Below are positions 1-10,865 of a DNA stretch of 64,000 bases, piece by piece. Position 1 is the stretch's first letter; each line of letters starts with the position of its first letter. The stretch is from Klebsormidium nitens (lineage: Eukaryota > Plantae > Klebsormidiophyceae): contig DF237142.1 in the NCBI GenBank assembly GCA_000708835.1, forward strand, positions 65,810 through 129,809. The letters are read 5' to 3'. A program made the translations under genes and the position numbers. The notes beneath the pieces are model-generated. The model saw nothing but the letters and a program-made list of their open reading frames with translations, was not told where the DNA came from and did no database searches.

Positions 1-464
1 GCAGATTCTGACAGATTATTGTCTTCAAACAGCCTACAAAGCTGCTATAAGGGCACACCACCCTAGATTCTGGATGCAAAGCGACCCCAACTCTTACTGA
101 AATTACGTATAAGCAACAGATAAGTTCTTCATCATCAGCCAGATCAAAACAACCCACTCACACAACATACAGAGAATTTCGTCATCTGTAAGTAGCGAAC
201 GCTCTAAAAACTCTGCATGATCAATGAAAGACTGACTCGATGACTTTGCTAAGGCATGCACATTCAAACGGAGTTGCTCGCTCTGTTTCCATCAGAAGCC
301 CCATTCATAAAAGCAATATTGCCCATAATCGATGAGAGGTTCCACTGGTCTGATACAGAAGCTCTGGATAATCATCGATCTCAAGAAACCCATACACTCC
401 GTAACTCACAACCAGGGAATATCACCATGCACGAAAGGTTGCTTCAAAAGCTAAAGAACCCTAC

Positions 465-1187
465 CTCTCTTTCCACATCGTCAAGCTGCCGTTGCAGCTC
501 TTCCTTCTCCCTTCTTACAAGCACCTCCTCGTCCAGAGCCCCCGCCCCTCGGAACCTCCTCCAGACCTCTTCCTCACCACTCGGATTAACCGCCGTGAGA
601 GCACGCTCTGTATTCTCTTCCCTGCGGTCCACAGACACTCCGACAGACTCGTTGACAGCTGTCCAGACACGAATCGATCGGGCCGCCTCCCTTGCATGCA
701 ATTCCTCTGCAAGGATGGCTGTACCAGGGGAGTCAAACATAGCACGCCTGCCCGGCGCATTGTCCCTCATCTGCGAACGTTCCGAGTTTCTGGAAGTACC
801 AGCTAAGCCAGTGTCTGAAACCTTCCCATCGTCTGGCCGGAGTGGGACTGCATTGCTATCAGGGCCGTTACCATCAACTGCACCGCCATCCCTCCTCATT
901 CCTCCATCGAATGGTGCGGGTTGTGCCTTGTCCGCTTGCTGGGCATCCAAGGTGCGACGGACTCTGGAACTTTCAGCTGCCGCATTTCCCTGTGCTTGCT
1001 CATTCAAAGCACCTCTTGCTTCAGAGGAAGGCCTTTCAAAGTCCATGAATCGCCTCGGCACGGCCGCTGGCGTCGCCTCTTCCCCACCTGGAACTACACT
1101 GAATCGCGAGGGGCCAGGGGTCCTGAAGTCTGTTCTGCCAGGCGTCTTTGCGCGCAGCGAGCTGCGCCTTCCACCGCTAGAAAACAT
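465..1187 (-). CDS. NMCP: Nuclear matrix constituent protein (NMCP/CRWN, plant lamin analogue), first coding exon; gene continues off the left edge
   Basis: ATG at 1187 (MFSSGGRR..TPG..RTPGPS head with TP sites). The exon ends EEEVWRRFRGAGALDEEVLVRREKEELQRQLDDVERE, then a GTAGGG donor at 464. This matches, from memory, the conserved NMCP/CRWN pre-rod motif WRRF.E.G.LDE..L..KD...L. I could not find the expected next exon (YQYNMGLLL) within 1-460. Confidence 0.7.
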
Positions 1188-3086
1188 CTTCACCCCCTGC
1201 CAAGACCCGCAACCTTCAAAGGCGATTGCTGGCTGTCAAGCTACAGCCTAGCTATGGCCGCGCCCTAGCAGACACACATGAACATCCGCCCTTCGAGATG
1301 CTCTGCGAATGGCTCCAGAGCGGCGAGAGCCCTGGCATGCCTGGCGAGCGTGGTGACTTGACACCTGATTCCCTGTGGACCAGCCCAGACCAATTTGAGA
1401 GGAGAGATTGAATTCATGGTGTCATGTCAGACACGAGAGAAACGGCAGATCAGCAAACGGTCATATTTCCTCGAGGTCGAGTGATGCTTTAACCCGATCC
1501 AGGCCTGTCGACTTGACTTGCTATTCCCCGGCTCGCGAACGTGTTTCAAAAGATCGCCGTCGAAGAGGTTATCTTAACAGATCATTTCGTATTGCTAACC
1601 CATCTAACCCGGCTACCTGCAAGGCGACGCGAGGCTCTTGAGTTTTGAGCAAGACGCGAAAATCCGAGCTGTAAAATGAGAGAGAGAAGACGAAGCTCCC
1701 AGCTTCAGCTGATTGCATGAAAGCTGTTGAAGGAAGAAAGTTGCGGCTACATTATTGCATAGAAGCCATCTGCCAGCTTCCCCCGGGGCCACTCCGGATA
1801 GGCTGGTAACATATCACTACATGCATAGCAAGTTAAGAAGGGCCGGAGCTGGATTGTCAACGCTGCTGCATGACTGGGTTCGAGGGCGTCAAGAATCAAA
1901 TGTGTTCCTTAAGAACAGGTGAGATCGATCAGTCGGAGCTTAAGCGTAGCCTACTTTCCAAATCAGTGTACCACCTCGCTGCAAAAACATATCAGAGCCG
2001 CAGCCAATACGAAGAGGGCACTCTGTATCTGTTGCTCAATCGACTTTGGGAAGAAGTGGATTTAGCATATGCTCATCAGATGCTAGGCAAGCAGACTGGT
2101 ACTACTTGCTAACATCCAGCAAGGAAGCCTGGAGGATCAATATGTTTACTGTTTCTTCCATGCATTGCTTGGACCAATTACAGGGACATGCATTTCCTTA
2201 GGAGTCATACTGGACTGCTCATCCAAGACAATTATGCTTTGAGCAGCTTGGCTAGTGCTTTTGCTCCACTTTTACCACAAGAAAAATGGTAGTAAAACAT
2301 TTGTGAGTGCCAGGTACAGCTCAAGAAATGTGTGGAAAATCCTGCTTCCACTTAGAGGAAGGCTTGACCATACAGGAAAGAATTCATTTAGGTGACTTAT
2401 ACTATCAGCACTTCATGTAAGCTGTCAGAGAAAAGTCTAGATCACCATGCAGTTGCTCAGCTGGTTCCGTGCACTGTCTTGGTATACTGGGCCTCAAAGC
2501 CCTCAAGAGGCACATTGAGCTTTGACCTGTGACATGCACAGATTGTGCCTTCAGCAGTCAATTGGTGCAGGCATATTTGGGACCCATTCAGAAGTTGCAA
2601 GCCTGATTGCAAAAGTGTGTGACTCATGAGGTCATGACTAGGCACTTGAAACAATTGAAAAGCATGTAAGAAGGGCTGAAATCTTTTGCTACTCTTTCTC
2701 TTGCTTTTATTGAAGAATTGATAGTAAGCCCCCTTTGTCAGCATCTGACGAAACCTGTCTCTTTCTGTCAGGACCGCCTGGACATCAAGCCAGATCTTTC
2801 CCTGACCCCCTGGTTCTCCAACATTAGAGAGAGGGCTAGAAAGCAGGTACTTACAGCTGTGGTCTTGAAAATTTTGGCAAATCTTTGCCAGACTTGAGAG
2901 GTTTGATACCAGAGTTGGGACACTGGAGACTTGTAATCCAAAAGGGCAAGAGTAAGAGCTCAAGCAAGGCCAGTGGCACACCAGCATATGCGTGTAATTG
3001 TAGCCTGAGCAGGCTAGTTGACAATCTAAGGCAGCATACAGAACCTGCAGGATTAGGTGTGCAGATCAACACAGGAAAAGCAAGCC

Positions 3087-6000
3087 ATGACGCGCGCACT
3101 GGTCCCTGTAGTAGGCGCTAACAGCAGGCCCCTAGGTGCAAGCCATTGGGATACTAGCAACGGCGAGTATGGCAGCTTTTACAGGAAGAAGAGAGCGAGG
3201 GAGGTGTTCAGAAGGGATGTGGACGAGCCTTCGGTGACTGTGGAAGAGCAGCCCCTGGCGGGAGAGGTTCTGATGGCGCAACCAGCTCAGCAGGTGTGTG
3301 TGGTTCTGGCCAGTGCTAGTAAAAGACTCACACTGACCAGCTTCTAATTTGGACAGACCCTCGTAAGATTTTGGAAGAGGTAAACTTAGTGCCACATCTT
3401 CTTGGAGTCGAGATGTTTCAGTGCAACCTCTTGCTTAGCTCAAGGCCTATCTTCAGAACCGGGTTAATCGCTGCGCGCGTTGGCAACATGCTGTGTGTTA
3501 GTGCAAATTGAAAAGAGAGGAGGCTCGACCAGATTCTTAAGGAGACACTGCCTTGCTGCTGATGACGTCTTTCAGAAAGGCGCAGCCCCATCCACAAGTG
3601 TACAATATGCTATCAATGCACATCTCATTGCTGTCTCAGTGTATCTTCTGAACACCTCCCTTGCTTGCATTGTAGGAAGAGTCCAAATACCTCGCTCTCT
3701 ATCTCCAGTCATCCCAACCTAGTATGAGTTACTTCGGATGTCAGTTGCGCTCTGCCTCAAGCTCTATGCCGCATGCAGGTCGTAGTTGATGGCGCGTACC
3801 GGCAGGAAAACGAAGTGCTTCGGAGAGAGTTAGATGATTGCAAGGCAGAGCTGGAGCGACTAAGGAGGGCGGTGGAAGAAGTGCTGGGGGCAAACGCGGC
3901 TGGAGGTAGGGAATCGACTTTCAAGTTATTTGAATTGTCTTGCTGATTGCATAGCTCTCATATAACTCTGGATCAAGAATAAGATACTTCGTTCCATTTC
4001 CTTTTGTTGGGTGGTTTCAAGGAGATGGTGATCTTACCAGCTACTTTCAAGAGCTCAGACAGAGATCCTTTTGGACATGGGTTGCTAAAGAGCGGAAGGA
4101 AGAAGAATTCCATTCTTACTTCGTCTTTCGAGCAGATATTGGTCTTAAATGACTGTCCCATCAGTACCAGAAAGCTTTCATGTTCAATTCTGATGCGTAA
4201 GTTGGCTTTCTTGAGAAACGTTCTCGATACGCATCTCATTCCGCTTTTCTTGTCCTCGGTTTCTCAGTCGTTTCCTGCCAGCGCCCCTGACAGGAAATCC
4301 TGAGGATCGTATATTGGATAGTAGTTGAGTCGTAGCCGGGATAGACGACTGTTTCTACAGGCTTTCGTCAATCACATATTTTTGTCCCACCAGTTTGTCA
4401 AGGGCACTGTCTCTCCTTTGAGAATCCAAATTGAACTTGATTTCTTGTGCCATATGCAAGGTGCAGGAAGCGCACTTGATTGGTCGTTTTACCCGAAAAA
4501 TGCTCGGCAGTTCACCAGGTGAAGACGGTTTTAACAAGTTGTCAGGAATAAAAGCCTTCCGAGGGACTGCAAAAGAACAGCTTTTTCTTGTGGGATGGCC
4601 GTCTCGGTTTGAAGACCGGTCAAAGCGAACACTTCGACTTGGAAAATTGTCCTTCCCTCTGCGCTGAGTCGTTCCCGTACCCATACTTCTGCACCATCTC
4701 AGTTATACCCAGCCCGAGACGCCACGCTACAGGGGTCCAAATTTTCCCTCTCCAATATGCAGGAGTAGCCATCCCTCCAGCGGTCCCGCAAGCGTTCCCT
4801 CAGCCCGTCCCGCAAGCAGTGCCCCGGGCAGCCCCGGTCGCTTATCCTGGTCGGGAGGACGCAGCAGTGCAAACCCCGGAGTCCGTTGCAATCGCTGCAG
4901 CGGAAGCGGAGCGAGCTGCCGGAAGGGCAGCGGACATGGCAGCGGTGAAGGTTAACCCGCCGTTCAGAACCGGGGTGTACAGGTGGGGAGCTCTGCGAGG
5001 TTTTGGCCGTGACGCTTGGACTGCTTTACAGATTGTGACAGAGGACGTAGTTGGTCCGCATATTGCGGTAGTGCGTGGGGCTCATTGCGGATGGCTTAAA
5101 TTTTGTTTTGAGAGAGAGAAGTCTTCAGACCAGTGTGCCGAACACGAAAGTCGTTCGAGTTTCTTTTTCCTGCTAGGTGCAAGACCTTTCTCAGGGCTCT
5201 TGATCAATCTGGTCAGGAGTTATACGCTTATCGTCTGGCACCTCTGCAAGGACGTCAACGGGTGTTCTTTCTTAGTACCTCTACGTTGGACAGATGCATA
5301 GCTTCTGGTAGACAGTCGAAGTAAACCGTCATCGTCAGTTTTGCCTCATTGATTTCAGTTGGAATCGTTACGAACTGGGAAAGCTTTGGCACCTTTTTTC
5401 ATGTTTAACCCTAAGGCTTTACATATGAGCGTCCTTTTCTCCTCCAAGGAAAGGGGATAGCTGCCAAGCAACGGTCTGAACAGGCAACATGTTCATGTTG
5501 GACTCCCTGCACTGTAGGCGTTGGTCTTGAGCACTCCCCCAAGTGAAGTGCCTAAATAAAACAACGAACTCTGGGGGCGTCGTTCATCTTCTTGAGATGT
5601 CTGACTTAATTACCCCGTACTGTTGTAGGCCGCCTGCTGTCGTCCGGGATCCTTTTCGAGATCCATCGGCACACACGCCTCTGTGGCGGCTACCAAAAGA
5701 ACGCAGTTTGGAGCTCGAGCGCCCGGTGAAAGTCGTCCCCGCTCGGCCTTACCGGCCAGGGACTGGAAACATCGGAGCCTACAAGAACCCGCCATACAGT
5801 AAGTTTGTGCACGTCGGACGTGCATCATTGCAATCATATCTTCTTACTTCTTACTTGTCACGAGTCGAACCATATTGCCTTCAATGTTGGGTAGTTTGCG
5901 ATGGCTATCATAGCCGCATAGAAAGACTTTGAGCTCTTTGTTGACACTTTCGGGAGAGAATGTTCAGCTCTGTTCGTAGAAGCAGGCGAGTCGTGAATTA

Positions 6001-6102
6001 CCGCTCGTACATAAGGCAAAGATGACCTTCTTTTTTGATTCAACGATTGGACGCGATTTTGCAGGTAGAAATGGCGTGGGGCCAAGCTGGGGTGGTCAAT
6101 GA
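3087..6102 (+). CDS. Hypothetical protein, 273 aa, with a coiled coil and a Pro/Ala-rich middle
   Basis: Exons 3087-3293, 3779-3905, 4703-4982, 5629-5798, 6065-6102. All introns are GT-AG, phases agree (0,1,2,1) and the total of 822 nt ends in TGA. Exon 2 (YRQENEVLRRELDDCKAELERLRRAVEE) is heptad-like. No family recognised. Confidence 0.7.
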
Positions 6103-6819
6103 CGAATCTAGATAGAGCTCCGATACTTATGAATCCGCTGGTTCAAGTTGATTTATTGGGAATCGTAGCACAGTGCAATTGAAGTCCATGTTAAGAAGTG
6201 CTTATCACTTATCTGCAAAGCCCAACCATTGGAATTGACAATCTATTGCCACTCGCTAAGGAGCGGTACCATTTCTGAGTTAGATCAGTATCTTCTTCAA
6301 TCGGTTGTGCAAAACCGGTTTCAAGCGCTGTTGTGCTACATCATCTTAGCACTACTGCCACGTTGACTCATACACGAGATATTGATGCATTCGCCCGTCC
6401 TTTTGTTGCATGATCGAACAGAAGTAGCACTTTGAAAGAGTATAAGGGCGGCTTATAGAGCGCACAAGGGACCCTTTTGGTATCGAAAGCTGCTTTGCAT
6501 AAATGTTACCAAATGTGTTGGAGTAGCCTTGAAATACCGTACCTATTTGCTGTAGTGTGTCTCCTTCTTGGACAGCTATTGTGGCCTAACCGGTAACCCA
6601 ATCAGTTGGATGTCTGAAACTTGGCAGTTGGTCGCCCTTGAAACCGCCCGGGGAAGATCGCCCCGGGCGCTGGCTCGTTTAGAGGATCTTGTCAAATGGC
6701 AGAAAGGATCGGACTGTGCCACTTGGCGCCAGGCTGCCATATGGCACATACACCCTGTTGGGGGCCGCCTGCGAAATTGAGCTGCCATCCAGAAGACTAC
6801 AGCGCTTGAGTTGCAAGAG

Positions 6820-9800
6820 ATGAAGGAAAATCTTAGCGTGGCAATGGCGCCAATGAAGGTGACTCGCCTGGATGCCCTGCCCGCGGAGATCCTGGCTCAG
6901 ATCGTTTCTCTAGTACCCTCTCAGCATGACCGCAATGCGTGCTCGCTCGCCTCCCGCTCTCTGAAAGCGGCGGAGCGCGCAACTAGAACAGAGCTAAAAC
7001 TCCGGTGCTCGTGGGAGGAGCTCGAATCCATTCCGTGCTGCTTCCGGGCTGTCAAGACGCTGGGGCTTGAGGTCCCATTGCGCAGCATCAACGAAAGTGA
7101 CGAAGAAGTGAAAGAACTGAGACTGGGTGGGGAGACTGCGAGGCGGCTAGCGGCCGGTTTTCCAAATGTGGCGGTTCTGAGCCTTCCTGGGGATGTGAAG
7201 CTTCCCGAGACGTTGGTTCTGGACTTTGGTAAAGTATGGCCGCACGTGCGGTGGGTGACAGGGTTGCAACTAGGGGAGGGGGCCGGGTGCGCTGCGGTAT
7301 TGAGAGCGTTTCCCGAGTTGAAGGAGGTGCACTTCCACCGAGTGCAGCCGTCGGACTTGCTACCGGCTTGCCGCGAAGTTGGTTTCTACAATTGGCAGAG
7401 TCTCGAGAAGCTCTCATGCGTGGTCGATGCAAGCACGTTTCTGGAAGTTGTGCCAAAGTGCAGCGAACTGCGGCGGATTGATCTGCATTCAACCAAGGAC
7501 TTCCGCATTGATGTGGACAAACTCTCGGCAGTCTTCCACAATTGTACAAAGCTTGAAAGACTGGGCCTTGATGCGGGCGGAGATGATAGATACAAACCTC
7601 TCCTCACGTCTGGAGCCTTTGATGTTCTTTCAAGCTGTCCCAACATGACTTCCCTAAAGGTTACTGAGCAAGTCTCCTGTGGGAAACCGCTGAACAAGAG
7701 TTTGGTGGAGGTTTTGGCAAACACCGAGCGCGTGATTCCGCTAGTAAGGACGCTGTGCTTGGACTGCGGGTCGACGAAGCGGTGCCAAGGGGAGGGGAAT
7801 ATGCTCGGACCGCGCGTAATGAAGTTTACGAGCCTGACGGAGCTGACTCTGACCTTGTGCCGGACGGACCAGACGATGTTGCAAGTCGTTGAAGGTGAGG
7901 GCTTTGAGGGGTTCGGGTTTGGGGTTGGTCTAATAAGGCGGTCAAATTGAACGTACTTTTCTCCCACTCAAATACTGGATGCAGAGTCTGCTTGCTTGGT
8001 GGATTCAGATTCTTAAAAAAGGCAATGAGTCACCTTTCCACTAGAGTTGGATTGAAATGCACAGAGAATGCAGGTTGCAATTCTGCCTCAGTCACCAAGG
8101 TGAGGCAGAGACAAGGGGGTAAAAGAGAACCGCAGTATTCTACAAAGGTTTCATTGCCCTGCCTTTCGTAAAAGCTATGCATTATGGTTGATCTTCTCAG
8201 GGTCGGGAGCAGACCAGAGTAACATTCTAGCTTCAAGATGCCGGCTGGATCCCGTTTCTCAAATATAATGCGGCTAGCTATGCAAGGAGAAGGGATGAAT
8301 CACCCAATTATCTACTTGTTGACTCGATTGTTTGAATGCACGCACTCAGCACCTTGGGTTGGGGGAGTGCATCCTTTGATCATCTTGAAAGTTGCGCTGA
8401 GTATTGGACCCTCTCGAGCAGACAATTGCAACTCGTGTTGGAAGTTGCTTTTGGACAATTTAGAACAACTGGATGTCTCCACTTTTGGTTCGCCGCCTTT
8501 CCCACTAGAAAGATATCTTAGTTGGCTTTCTCATGCATAAACCTCTGACAGCCAGGAAGAAACGAAACGACAAAGTAGTTGCTCTTTTGTACTGAGACAG
8601 TGGCCTCTCAATTTCCCCTGATGCTGATTTGTTTCATCGACATGATGCGTCTCATAAACACAGCGTTAAGACACCCCCTTGCGATGTCTTGCGCAGCTTG
8701 ACAAATGTGGGACACCCTTACGCCGTCATGCTTGATACCATGGGGTTTTGTTTTGATGTCAACCTTTGGTGTCCTCTTCTTCCCTGACTGTTCTTTACTT
8801 GAAACACGAGGTTCGTACCGCACGTTGCATGGCCCCCCCTCTCTAGCTCGGAAGCCCCCTTTTGACATGGTGACGTCACTCCGCCTGGTTGATATCAATG
8901 GTGCAGCTCCTCTTCAAACTTTGCAACCAGCTCTCTTCTTGCCGCACCGATCAGGACAAGGTTCGCTGACTCCAATTTTCCGATCAGAACAAGCTTTGCT
9001 GACGTCATTCTTGCGTCTCGGACAAGCTCTGCTGACGTCATCCTGGCGATCCAAACAAGCTCTGCCTCCTGACGTCGTCCTTACGATCAGGCCAAGCCTC
9101 GCTGACGTCACTCGCTCGCGCCTCCTGCGCAGGCTGCCCGGTGCTCCAGAAGCTGTCGCTGATCCACAGCATGAGCCGCGACGACTTCGAGTCGCTCGTC
9201 ACGTCTCTCGGGCAAGCGCCGAAGCTGACCGACCTCAGTTTGGAGCACTATTACGACAAGTTGACGCTCAAGGAGATCTTGGAGTGCATCGACTGTCTCA
9301 AGCCGAAGCTGGAGAACCTCCGCTTGCACTGCGCGCAGTCGAACCGAGGCAAGGGCCCGCTCGCGCCGCCGATGCAGGTGAGCAGGAATGGAGAAGTTTT
9401 CTTTCGGCATTGAGTGAGGCGTATCTTGAGTTTCGGGCTTGCACAAACAAAAGAATAGGCCAAGGGTTCACATACTTCGCGCGTGAACCCACCCTAAAAC
9501 CCAGAAAAAAACCCACCCATGCAGTGACCTTAAGTTGAAACGGTCTAGTTCGTTGTACACTCGCTGCGTCTAAGATAATGGAGCAATGCCACCTGCAACC
9601 GCTTGGCTGGCTGCTTCCGCTGCGTAGGCGGATGTTTTCGCGAAATATAGACTATTGTTGTAGTGTACTTTGAAGGGTTGCTCTTGGCACTATTACTGGC
9701 ACTCTTGCCACACTTGCAAGTTTAACGTTTGGTAAAGTAAGGTGCGCTTTCTCTATTGGTTGACCCGAGTGCCCTCATCACCATCCAAAAACTTCAGCCC

Positions 9801-10865
9801 AACAGTCTGTGCATCTTGTGCTTGTGGAAATACTCGGCCGGAGAGAGCAGCCTTGGTTCGTCGTAGCTGAATGTGCGACTAAGCGGCGGGGCAGGTGTTC
9901 GTCTCTCCTTGCGCTACCCCTTTGGTCGCACGATACCTCGTCTCGTCGGATCGGTTCTTCAGAAAGGCCGCTCGAACTTACTAGTGCCGAACAAATAGTT
10001 TCATATGAGGCAGCTCAGTCCTGTGTGGGCTGGCAAACAAGGCTTTGTTGCGAAGCAGTGCAGATCGGTTTGGCATTAGGATCGCCCGTTCCAGCACACG
10101 TTGTGCTACGATACGTCGGTGCGAAAATGGTCAGTCTTTCTCCTTGCGGCCACAGATTACTGTAAAGCCTCAAAAGCAGTGCTATCAACTGTTTCCCTCC
10201 GCACTGACACGTGGCACCGTCCCGTGCAGGGCTGGCCCGTGCTGCGCAAAATGAGCATCACGTGTTTCATCGGGACTGGCGATGCAGCCTTCAACGAGGA
10301 CTGGTTCACCGACTGCCCGAACCTTGTGGAAGTGTCACTCGGCTTCCAGGCGTGCGACGAGATCGACATTGACACCGACACGCGGGAGTCGATTGTGGGC
10401 GACACGAGCCAGGGCCAGAAGGAGCACCCCATTCCGCCGGACAAGATGGGCAGCGGATTCGTGAAGAACATCCTGTCCACCGTCGAATGTTTCGAGCTGC
10501 AGGGCCACACTGGCTGGCCCGACGCCGAAATCTCGCAGGTGCTCCAGGAGCTGCAGACCGCGCCGCGGCTGCGCGAGCTCGACATCGACGACTTTTGCCC
10601 GTGCTACTTACAGCACGACACGTGGCTGACGACGTCAGCAGCGGAGACTGTCGCGTCGTTCCCGGTGCTCGAGAAGGTGTGGGTCGGGAGCGGGGACTTG
10701 GAGGACGTCCACGTGGACCCGTCGCGGCAGGAGGCGTTTCAGATTTTGAACAAGAGCCGGAGTTTGCACGAGATAGGGATCGTGATGTCCGGGAGGGAGT
10801 ACCACCGACACCTCCTGGCGGAGTTTAACCGGTCGCGCATGAAGGTGATGGAGGGGCATATGTAG
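6820..10865 (+). CDS. MAX2: MAX2/D3-like F-box leucine-rich-repeat protein (divergent), about 651 aa
   Basis: Exons 6820-7894, 9133-9377, 10230-10865 (phases 1,0); alternative ATGs at 6844 and 6853. The N-terminus LDALPAEILAQIVSLVPSQHDRNACSLASRSLKAAERATRTELKLRC..LESIPCCFRAVKTLGL aligns from memory with MAX2 (LSDLPDVILSTISSLV..RNSLSLVS..LALERSTR..L...DL..VPDCFRSI..L.L). Exon 3 WPVLRKMSI..DCPNLVEV matches MAX2 W.KL..LSL..DCPNLEEI. The C-terminus is divergent, so orthology is not certain. Confidence 0.7.
8947..9116 (+). repeat. Degenerate minisatellite, five units of 33-37 bp, at the 3' end of MAX2-like intron 1
   Basis: Units start at about 8947, 8980, 9014, 9047 and 9084; consensus CGATCAGRACAAGCTYTGCTGACGTCA. 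The array ends 16 nt before the acceptor AG at 9131-9132. Confidence 0.85.

Noticed and set aside
256-1251. 331-aa plus-strand ORF
   Set aside because: Antisense shadow of the NMCP exon; Ser/Leu-rich with no motif.
3779-3797. 17-bp exact match (TCGTAGTTGATGGCGCG) between orphan exon 2 and EF-P exon 2
   Set aside because: One match of this length is roughly expected by chance in a 64-kb two-strand self-comparison, and the flanks do not extend.
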